The notes under the pieces were generated by a model. It made no database searches, was not told where the DNA came from, and saw only the letters and a list, made by a program, of their open reading frames with translations. A stretch of DNA of 64,000 bases from Thalia democratica (lineage: Eukaryota). Location of the stretch: the NCBI GenBank assembly GCA_965202585.1, contig OZ241827.1:30566001-30630000 (forward strand). Reading direction: 5' to 3'. Within the stretch, counting starts at the first letter, position 1; every line of letters begins with the position of its first letter. The position numbers and the translations under genes were made by a program. Shown piece after piece: positions 12,101-24,100 of the stretch.

Positions 12101-15100
12101 AAAAATCTTTTAATTTACTTATAAACTTAATACTTTTGTCTTTAGTCAGTTTTCAAACTGCTTGAAAATAAAAACAGAAATATTTATTTCTTCAGCGCTT
12201 ACTTGCGCCGCACTCTGACGTTCCAAACACATCTTAATATTTAGTTTGACACTAAACACCTTTTTATCGAACTTCTTAATAAACGAAAACATTTTTCAAA
12301 TATTTCACTTACTTATGACGCATTCTGGCGGCTGAGGTTTGAAATTTCCGCTGGTCGCGTCGCAATTCAGCGTGGAAATGGAATCCGGCCTTATCGCGTG
12401 ACCCTCATGGCACGAATACCTGACCTGCTGATAAACTTTAAACTCATCTCCGGACGCGTCGGTCGCCGTCAGGTATGTGGTCTCGAAGCTTCCGTCGTCG
12501 ATGGTTTCAGGGGTGCCGCAATCTAAATAAGAATTAAAATTATGCGACTTTGTTACATCGTAGTCTCGTTAACTTGTTGAAAATTAAGAGTTGGTAAAAT
12601 TTGAAGATTAGTTTTTTAAAGCAGAAGAATGTCGATCTCTCTTTTTGTTAAATAGAGCTTTAAACATATATGATGTAAAAAAAACGCAGGTTCAGTTTTT
12701 ACTGATAAAACAAAAACTTTCTTTTGTAACAAAGGGGAAGAGTCACGTTCCAATTTCCGTCGTCTGAGCATTCTGCGGTTGATTTTTGCGTGTCACTGAT
12801 GACGTAGTTATTTTCGCAACTGAATTTTACTACGTCACCAGTGAAGAATCCCTCCCTTTTAGTTGCAATGAGTTTGGTTAGATCGAAACTTCGACCCTCA
12901 GTTTTATCAAAATTCGGGCATTCTGAAAGCAAAAAGTGTAAAAAAGGAGTAAATTTGAATAAAAGGTTTATAAACTTTTAAATTATATAAGTTCACTATA
13001 CTTTATAGTTTGATTGGTTTTATAAAATAGTTCAACACTTTTACATTGTTTGAATTTTTTTAAATAGAATGAGTAGATTTCAGCTCTAGTTTAATATCTT
13101 TTGTGTTTAAACTTAAACTTTAGAATATTTCTGAACTAAACTGTTGCATAATTTTTTTTTTTATAAAAAACAAAAATGATAAACAGAACATAAGTAAATT
13201 TAAATAACAGCATTAATAAACTACAGAGTTATATAAAACTATTATTGTGATATTTTGACCGGTGTATAAATTGTTTCTATACTTCTACAGGGTTACAAAA
13301 GTTTTGTTGTTTATACTAAATAGAATTCGACTCTATTTTATCTCCTTTATGTCTAGAACTAAATTTTAAAACGAATCTAAACTTGTTTGTTGCAAGAATG
13401 AATTTTTGTATTGAAAACAAAAAACAAAGCTAATTTAAACTTTTATACTAAGTTAATGTTCCATGACTCAGACACAAGAAGCATTAAAAACTTTTTTTCA
13501 CCAAATCAATCACTCCTTGAGCAGTGGATTCGTTCCAGATAATTCATAAAATATTTTTGTTATTAAAAACAAAATATGTCACATTACTAATATTTTTCAA
13601 TAAACCATTAAAAAAAAAATCAGTTTAATATCCTAAATCAAACTTAAAGTAACTTTTGTGAACTCACTTCTTAAGCAGTGGAAATCAGATTCGTTCCAGG
13701 GTCCTCCAATCAAGCAACGGGAAACCGTATCAGCATCATCAGGTATCAGGAAATAATCATCCTTACATTCGAACGAAGCTGATCGTTCAATTGTTAAAGA
13801 GTCGTTGATCTTCAGCTTTTTCACGTTTTTAAACGCGTTTGAAACGTTCCTCGACTGTCCACAATCTGCAGTTTGTCATCACTAAGTTTTTGACATTAAT
13901 ACATGTTAAACTGAGTAATAAACATGGGTTTGAAAGCAGCTTTCGTAAGACGACTTCAGATTTGACTCTCTTTTTCATGTTTAGTTTTTTTTTTAATTTA
14001 AATGCGCGGTCAAGTAAAGCAAATCATATATATTTTATACACAAGACACTGACTCGGATAGCAATGAACTTTCGGAGCCCACTTGCCGTCCACGTCACAC
14101 TCGACAATATTGACGTCTGTGACGTAATGATCCTCGCACATGTAGGTGAGGCGGGTGCCGTTCACAAGCACTTCTTCTCCTCCCGAGTCGGCTCTGCTGA
14201 AGTTTTCAGTTGCGTACAAACCGGAATTGTTGAACTGAGGAATGGCGTCACACTCTGTATTAAATATTTATATAATAGTAGTTAAGTCTCTTGAATAGCC
14301 TACTGCTATGTCAATCGTTATATGTCTTTTTTTTTGTCTTCATCGTTGCCACAGAGCCCAGTTGAAAGGCTTTTAAATAGTTTATTTCGAAAATTTAAAT
14401 TTAAAAAGAACAGTACATGTGTTTATTTGTTCATTTATTTATATATTTGTATAGATAGACAGAAAGTAAGTGTTAATACTTTATAGAATAGTAAAACCGT
14501 AGACTAGTTTAGAATTTTAAAGCTAAACGTCCTATTTTGTTGGCTTGACTTTATGCATAGCATAGAGTCTTAAAAAAAAAGGTCAAGTTGTGTAATCGAG
14601 TCCAAGCTTTTTCTTAAAATTGCTTCACCTTTTAGTAAAAAGTATCTAGAACAAAATAAATTTTTGAAATGAAAAACTTTTTGTTACAATACAGAAGTAG
14701 GTTTATAGGTAAACTTGACGCCCAATTTATTTAAAAAAAGTTCAAACTGAAGCACAATATACAACTTTAAGTGTAATGTTTAATAAATAACTAAAACTAG
14801 TAACTCTAACAGTATAACACCTACAAAATTTTATTATAATGGTATAATTTTTTCAAATAGTTGTGATTGTATGCTTTTAAAACACTACAGATCGAAAAAG
14901 TCTTGACAACCTTTGATGCAAGTTGGCGGTTTTTTAGGATTCCATTTCGCGCCTAGATTGCAGGTATATTTCGCTTCCACAAACTCATCGCTGAAGTAGT
15001 AACCCTTGAAACAGTAGTACTCAATATCTCTTTCTTCAGTCGTTCCAATTGCAAACGTTGTGTGTTTTGTTACGTTGTAAAATCCATTTTCCAGGACTGG

Positions 15101-18100
15101 GGGGTTATCACAGACTGAAAATTTTTGTTTTGCTTTCATTAATATGTACACTGAAAAAGTTGTTGCTCAATTTTCAAAAAAGTCACATTTACTGCTATGC
15201 ACATCCAAAACTTTTTTTGTTAACTAAATATAATTAAAAGAGTTATAACAGTCACTATAAATAATTGTGAAATACAAGAAAGCGTGTATAGCAGTCTTTA
15301 TCAAATTTAAAAAGTTTTCAAAAGTAAAGTTTTACTCAAATACAGAAGAAACAATATACTTGGTCCGCATATTGGAGCGCGGTCGAAATCCCACTTTCCG
15401 TCTGACCCGCAAGTCAACAAGTCTTCTTCGGACCACACCAATCCGTGATCTTCATCGCATGTGTACTTGACTCTGGTGTCTGTGAAGTAGTTGCCTTCCA
15501 CATAGCTGAATTCAATGTTCACTTTTACGAAGTCGCCTTCGGGTGGCTGAGGGCATTCTGTTATTAAAATATTTCGATTTTAAAAATTTATCTAACTGCT
15601 TAATAAAGCTTTTATTTTCCGTCAACTTCTTTTAAAAAATTAAGCCTGAAAAAAAAAAAAAAACTTCTGATGTATCTTTAAGCTATGAACTCTAACTACA
15701 ACAAAACATTTTTCACAGAGTTTTGAAGCTTTCGATTATTACAATTTAATAACAACAAGTGCACACACCTGTGATACATATTGGGCTGGCTGTTGAGTTC
15801 CAGCTGCCTCCCTGGCACTTGTAAGTGTAATCACCAGCGCTGCCCTCATTAAACACGTATGATGCGTCACAATCGTATCTGATGACGTCATTTTCGAGGA
15901 GCAGCCCGGCACGCAATTGATGGACGGTCACAATCTTCCCGTTCAAAAGGTCTTTGATAGAAGGGCACTCTTAAGAATAAAAATTGTTTAGAGCATTTTT
16001 AAAATAACTTTATTATCTATTAGTTTACTAATATTGTTTAGTAAATGTTTTGTTGTGAATCTTATTTTTTATGTATATTGCTAACTCTTTTAAACGAATA
16101 TATAGATTCAATTAAGAATAAAGTAAAACACATAAAACAAATATGTTTTTTTAATTAATTAATCTTAAAAACTTATCATTGCGCTTTTAAAAGAAAAAAA
16201 AACAAACGTTGCAGGCAGATTGGGACGGAAGAGTTCCACGCTCCAACTTCCAGACACTCCACAGTGGAAAGATCTGGTTTGTTGAGGGAGTAGCCTTCCT
16301 CGCACGAAAGCTTCAAAACCGTACCGCTCAAGTAATTGAGGTTTTCGTCCACTCGAATGTGCGTGTCTACCGTCAAGGCAGTGGTCATTTTCACGTCTGG
16401 ACATTCTGTACACAACATTTTTTATCATTTAAATTTTGTTCTGTTATGCCGGTTGAAATGTGTTTTTAAGTACTATTTAAAATTTAAATAAAACCAAATC
16501 TAATAACATCTAAAAGCATAACTACTTTTGAGAGAACCACAAAACTATTTTAATCAAATAAGCTGACATAAAATAACAAAATGTTAATAACTAATTCTAA
16601 TAGCTCGAGTATACACAAATCATGAATAATATGCTTTTTAATAAAAGTATTTTAAGTTTTTTTGCCTTACTCGACTTTCAAAAGTTTTCATCTTACTTTT
16701 TAAGCACATGAACGTGACAGCAGGCCAGTATCCGGCAACTTGGCACTCATAAGAGATTGCAGGGTTCGATTTCGAGTATGGAAATTTGAAGTATCCTGCA
16801 GCACACTCGTATTCAACTACAGACTCCACATTCACTCCACCCTCGACAATCAACTCGTTTGACTTTTTAGTGGAGTTTGGAACAATCGGAGAAGGGCCAC
16901 AATCTTTATTTATGTTGGCCATTTTTAAAAGTTTTAATAAATAGAAAAAAAATGTGCTAATAAAGTTGTCATACTTGTAGTTGGTAATAAAGTTAGCAAT
17001 AGTTTAAAGTATTAACTTTATACAACTAAATCTAAAGCAAAGTTTGGGATTTCAAAGGCTTGTTATGAACACTTTTATTTAAGTAGGAAATAAAATTCGT
17101 ATTCAGCAATTTTTGATCAACTTTTTTTTGATTATACAAGCATTTGACTTCATCAAAAATTCAGCTAACCTCAATTTAAAAAAGTATTTACTTCATTAAC
17201 ATTTGTTCATCAAAAATGTTGCACCTGAGTTAAGTTTATTTAAATTAATAAATTGTACCTCTGTAACATCGAACAGTTGGAGTCCATACTCCGTCGTCGC
17301 CACAAGTCGTGACGTCAACGTTTTGTGCGTAGTCATTCTCACAAACGTACTGCAACGCAAAACCGCTCAACCGTAGCGATTTTGAATTGAAGCTTTTGGT
17401 TAAACTCACTGGCGCCAAAGTGTTTGCCACCTCCGGTATTTCGTTGCATTCTGAATATTGAGTTTGGTTTCGTTGTTATGTTTGATGGCTTACACTTTCA
17501 CAACATTGATATTTTTTTGCAAGTAACTTTGTACATTGCTAAATTTGAAGTTAATATACTTAGTTTTGTAACAAAAAGTTTCCTTTGCCACGTCTGGGTT
17601 TTCGTTGCGTTCTAGTTTTTGAGTTGAATTTATTTTGCTTCGTAAATTAAGCTGTGGAACTATATTAGTTCTCAATACAAAATTAGATAAGCAACATTTT
17701 AAAGTGCAGTTTACTACTTTTTTATACTTGACAAGGTCGTGATTAATTTACCAACGAAACCTGGTAGTAAATAAATAGTTAGTTCGCACTTAAATTATTA
17801 TTAGGTAGTTAATATAAATTGGAAATACTGTAAAAATTTAAAACATTGAGAAATTTTCAAGTGAAATATTTTGTTTCTTAAAAATGTTAATGAGACCATA
17901 TTAAGAAAACTATTTTGTTACTTATATAAGATCTTACTTACAAAACTATTCTTTTACTATTATAAGATCTTCTTAAGAAAATTGTTTTCTTACTTTTATA
18001 TGATCAAGTCACAATTCTGTTATAATTTATGTAATCTACTATACAGCTTTTAGCAATGCCATTATTTTTTTGTTTAGAGTAAATATTATATTAACACAGG

Positions 18101-21100
18101 TACTATGTAGTTTGAAACCTAATATTGTTCTTTTTTTTTTGGGAATATGAACCTAAGTTTTAAGTTTTATTCTTTCCAAAAGCAAAATAAAAACATTACA
18201 AAATAAAACCATATTTTTTTAAATGAATAATTAATCTTAAATAGTCCAATATTTTTCATACAACTTATAAATAGTTAAAATATGTTGATTACACTTTTGT
18301 AATAGATACTTAAATGTCAGTGACTTGAACGAGGATTTTACATCTAAAAATTAAGGTACACGGTTCAGAAGTTTTAAATCAAAACAGTTTGAAGTAACAA
18401 TTAACTGAGTAAAGACGGTTTTAAATGCTAAATATACTTATAAATGTCTCTGTCTTATTGATAAAGTTTTTAACCTTTCAAGCACTGTGGTAATTTTTCA
18501 AACTTCCATCCGACACCGTACGAACATCCAATAACTCTGTGAGTACCATCCTTGAACGAATAGCCGTCGTAGCAAACGTAGAATACCTGTCTCTTATATA
18601 CGATGCCGTTGGACTGTATTAAATTGCCAACTCTATCTACTCTCCACACTCCTTTCTCTATAGACGGCGGCAGCTCGCAGACTGAAAAGGAATGAGATTA
18701 ATCAGATAAAAGCTGAACAGAATTTTAGTAAGGTTGACTGTTTTTCTACTTTTTTTCACCGTTCACAAAAAGCCTAAAGTACTGTTCAACTTTAAACTTT
18801 TGGGTTTCAGAAACGATTATGATAGATTTAAAAAGAACTATTTTAAAGCAAGAATTTTATCAATAAGATTCTACTATTGTTTATAAAAAATGCATGTAAA
18901 CACATGCATTTTTAAAAGTTTTACAACATTACCTAAATTTTAAAACAAAAGTCTACAAATCAAGATAGACTCGTAAACAAAAAATGGATTCCAGTATGTC
19001 TTATATAATAAAGAGAAAAATTAAAAAATCTCAAACCTTGTGCACACTCGGGGGCGTAAGAGGAGCTCCACATGCCGTCCGATTGGCAGTTCAAAAACTC
19101 TTTCTGGTCACGCTTGAAGCTGTACGCATCGTTGCACTCATAAGTCACCTGCATACCGCTGTAAAATTTCGATTCGTCGAAATAATATTCCGTTTTCCAG
19201 CTCGAAAAAAGACCTTCCGGCGGAGAAGTACACTCTGAAACAAGTTTGCAAGTATTTGCGGTGTGTGGTTTTATTTGACTGGAATTTTAGCAACCGTTTT
19301 AGTGTTTAATAAAACTATTATTGTTTTTGGCACTTCATTTTTATTAAACTGTTTCAAATATTTTAAATGTTATGTCGAATCGTTTTGGGGTTTACTGATA
19401 ACTCAACAATATTTAATTATAGTCCTTACCAAGCATGCTTATTGGATTTGAGTGACATTTATCCTGTCTAGATTGTAACATTCAGTATTATACATTTTTA
19501 AATTTAGACATTTAGTAAAATTTTCATAATATAAATTGACACATCTTTTGTGTTTGTCAAGTTGTAATTACTCAGTTGACATTTTTGTATTCATTGAATT
19601 TTTAATGACAATGAAACGTGTTTGCCAGCATTACATGCTAACCAAAAAACAAACCTGCTAGCTCATACTCTGGGCAGAAAGGATTTCTACTCCATCCATC
19701 AACACCACACTTAATAACACCAACAAAGTTATCAGGGCCAAAATCGCATGTGTAGCTGATAATTTCTCCCTTTTCATAAAATTCCAACGCCTCATTTAAG
19801 TACTTGCCGTAGTTTAGTGCAGGAGGAGCGTTGCAATCTACTAGTTTTTACATTTTTTATTAGTTTTTTATATAAAAAGAGGTGGTTAACACCAGTGGCG
19901 AGGTATTTTTTTAGAAGGTTGGGAACATTTGAGTATTTGAAAAAAGTTATTAATTTGATATTATTTAAGCTAATATAGTAAGATAAAAGTCAACGAAAAC
20001 ATCGGCGAAAGTCTACAGAACCTAAGAAACTCCAGGCTTAGGCTCTGTTGAATATCGCCGATGTTTTTGCTGATCGTTTTCAATGAGCGTAACAGCTGTC
20101 TTTCGTAGTGGACAGTGTATTAAATGTTGCACGACAATATACAATGCTGATATCACTGATATAATACTGATATGTGAAAGCATGATACTCCGTTTGTAGA
20201 TTGACGAATACAAGTTTTTCAGATGATCGAGCTGGCATGATCAAATTTTGTGTAAACTTGAGTAAGATAAAAGTATAACAATTACAATAAACTGCTTGTA
20301 AACAAAAGTTTTTGAAGGTACAATAATTTTTAAACTTTATAACATTATAATAAGTTTTTTTTTTTTGGATTGAACATCTGCTCTAATGGTACACGCGAGC
20401 TTAAGGCCATAGGGGGGTCCGACTTTTTTTTTTTTACAAAAAATAACTTTGGCTTTTATATGAAAGCTTTAAATACAAACTACAAGACTGTTTTTATAGA
20501 ATTCAAAAACATCATTTAACTTTTGAGATATTTTATTTTTTGTAAAAAGTTTCCGATACAAACGTATGGACCGCAAATTTTTCGGGGTCAATTTTCTCGG
20601 AAATTTAAAAATTCACTAAAAATCTATCTCCTCCTTCATTTTTCAAGCAATCTTCTTCAAATTTTCAGGAAATGTTCCTTATGTTAAAAGAAAAAAACGT
20701 TACTTTAGAATTTAAATAATGTGAACAAATTAAAATTTTATGACAAAAATTTTAAAAAAAAGTGTTTTTTTTTCAAAAAAAAAAATGTTTACAATTTTTT
20801 TTTTTATTCCAAAGTAACGTTTTTTTGTTATTGTATAAAGATTAGACTGTGAAAGTTTGAAGAAGATTGCTTGAAAAATGTAGGAAGAGATAGTTTTTAA
20901 ATGAAATAGTCTTTTTTCGCTGTTTTAGTTTTCCCTTCCTATAGGAAACCTGTTATGCGACCCGACTTTAACTGGTCATATCTCAAAAAATAATTTGAAT
21001 TTTATAAAACAATAAAAAGCATCTTCAAGCTTAGAAAAAACTCTTTAAAATAATATCAACTTGTAAAAAACATGTTTTACCCCCCCCCCCCCTATGGCCT

Positions 21101-24100
21101 AAATACAAATATTTAGTAGGCTCTTAGTTTATCTGGAAAAAAAGTAACTTTATTGTAGCTAAACTAACTCCGCACACAAACAGGCCTGTTTTCATTTTGA
21201 AAACTCCAAGTGGCGTTTACATCGCAAACAACGTACTTTGGTGATTGCTTGCTCAGCACATAACCAGAATCACAGCTGTAAGTGTAGTTTGACCCGACAG
21301 TCGGCTGGCTCGGGCCGCTCACTTTTCCGTTTTTTAATGGCAGTGGTGGCGTGCTACACACTTTAAAGAAACAAAATAAACAAAAGTTTTTTTTACAAAA
21401 ACATGTTAAATGCTAAACTCACTTTTTTAAAACGTTATTTATTGCTAATAAGTATTGTTTTTCAAATTTTGTATGAATAACAATAAAGTCAAGACTTTAA
21501 AGAAACAAAACATTAACTACATCAATTTAAGAGTCAATGCCGTCAGATTTCTTTTTTTTTTAAACTCTTCAGTTAATAAATAACAGTTATTTAATGTAAA
21601 TTTACTCTCTTAACTTTAAACTTTTACGTTTCAGAAACGATTATGATAGATTTAAAAAGAACTATTTTAAAGCAAGAATTTTATTAATAAGATTATACTA
21701 TTGTTTGTAAAAATTGCATGTGAACACACCGTAAAGTTTTACAACATTACCTCAATTTTAAAACAAAAGTCTACAAATCAAGATAGACTCGTAAACAAAA
21801 AATGGATCTCACTATGTCTTATATAATAAAGAGAAAAATTAAAAAATCTTAAACCTTGTGCACACTCGGGGGCGTAAAAGGAGCTCCACATGCCGTCCGA
21901 TTGGCAGTTCAAAACTTCTTTCTGGTCACGCTTGAAGTTGTACGCATCGTTGCACTCATAAATCACCTGCATACCGCTGTAAAATTTCGATTCGTCGAAA
22001 TAATGTTCCGTTTTCCAGCTCGAAAAAAGACCTTCCGGCGGAGAAGTACACTCTGAAACAAGTTTGCAAGTATTTGCGGTGTGTGGTTTTATTTGACTGG
22101 AATTTTAGTAACCGTTTTAGTGTTTAATAAAACTATTATTGTTTTTGGCACTTCATTTTTATTAAACTGTTTCAAATATTTTAAATGTTATTTCGAATCG
22201 TTTTGGGGTTTACTGATAACTATTCAATGTTTAATTATAGTCCTTACCAAGCATGCTTATTGGATTTGAGTGACATTTATTCTGTCTAGATTGTAACAAT
22301 CAGTATTATACATTTTTAAAATTTAGACATTTAGTAAAACTTTCATAATATAAATTGACACATCTTTTGTGTTTGTCAAGTTGTAATTACTCAGTTGACA
22401 TTTTTTTATTCATTGAATTTTTAATGACAATGACACGTGTTTGCCAGCCTTACATGCTAACCAAAAAACAAACCTGCTAGCTCATACTCTGGGCAGAAAG
22501 GATTTCTAATCCATCCATCAACACCACACTTAATAACACCAACAAAGTTATCAGGGCCAAAATCGCATGTGTAGCTGATAATTTCTCCCTTTTCATAAAA
22601 TTCCAACGCCTCATTTAAGTACTTGCCGTAGTTTAGTGAAGGAGGAGCGTTGCAATCTACTAGTTTTTACATTTTTTATTAGTTTTTTATATAAAAAGAG
22701 GTGGTTAACACCAGTGGCGAGGTGTTTTTATTAGAAGGTTGGGAACATTTGAGTATTTGAAAAAAGTTATTAATTTGATATTATTTAAGCTAATATAGTA
22801 AGATATAAGTCAACGAAAACATCGGCGAAAGTCTACAGAACCTAAGAAAGTCCAGGCTTAGGCTCTGTTGAATTTCGCCAATGTTTTTGCTGATCGTATT
22901 CAATACGAGCGTACTAGCTGTCTTTCGTAGTGACAATGTATTAAATGTTGCACGGCAATATAAAATGCTGATATCACTGATCAAAACCAGCAAACGGTTT
23001 CTTCATGTGAAAGCATGATAATCCGTTTGTAGATTGACGAATGCAAGTTTTTCAGATGATCGAGCTGGCATGATCAAATTTTGTGTAAACTTGAGTACGA
23101 TAAAAGTATAACAATTACAATAAACTGCTTGTAAACAAAAGTTTTTGAAGGTACAATAATTTTTAAACTTTATAACATTATAATAAGTTTTTTTTTTTTG
23201 GATTGAACATGTGCGAGCTTAACACAAAAATTTAGTAGGCTCTTAGTTTATCTGGAAAAAAAGTAACTTTATTGTAGCTAAACTAACTCCGCACACAAAC
23301 AGGCCTGTTTTCATTTTGAAAACTCCAAGTGGCGTTTACATCGCAAACAACGTACTTTGGTGATTGCTTGCTCAGCACATAACCAGAATCACAGCTGTAA
23401 GTGTAGTTTGACCCGACAGTCGGCTGGCTCGGGCCGCTCACTTTTCCGTTTTTTAATGGCAGTGGTGGCGTGCTACACACTTTAAAGAAACAAAATAAAC
23501 AAAAGTTTTTTTTTACAAAAACATGTTAAATGCTAAAGTCATTTTATTAAAACCTTATTTATTGCTAACAATTATTGTTTTTCAAATTTTGTATGAATAA
23601 AAGTAAAGTCAAGACTTTAAACAAACAAAACATTAACTACATCAATTTAAGAGTCAATGCCGTCAGATTTCTTTATTTTTAACTCGTCAGTTAATAAATA
23701 ACTGTTATTAAATGTAAATTTACTCACTTAACACTGTTTGCCAAACAACATTAACTATATGGCAAGTAGAGCACTTCATTCTGCAATGTTTATTAATATA
23801 CGATTTATTTATCTTAATAAATTGTTTTCAAATAAATATTTTTTTATTAGATAACACAATGTTTATTGAACAAAAACAAAAAAAATTGTTCTATGGAATT
23901 GGTTGTACCAAAATATCTCTCGGACATCGAGTCGCATACTCAACTTTAAACAAAACTATCTTGAGCTAAAAAAAATAAAAAACTTAAAGTTCTAAATTCA
24001 AACTCTAAAACTAAAAAATTAACTAACTAGCCCAAGAAAGTTTTGATGAACAATTGAAATAATTAAGATAGGTTTTTGTTTATTAAAACTCATTTAAAAA

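Larger units (their letters stand above)
18788..23732. repeat. Recent tandem segmental duplication carrying three sushi exons (units 18788-21611 and 21612-23732)
   Basis: Exons and introns near-identical; the 700-bp size difference is explained by the MITE at 20405-21099. Confidence 0.95.
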
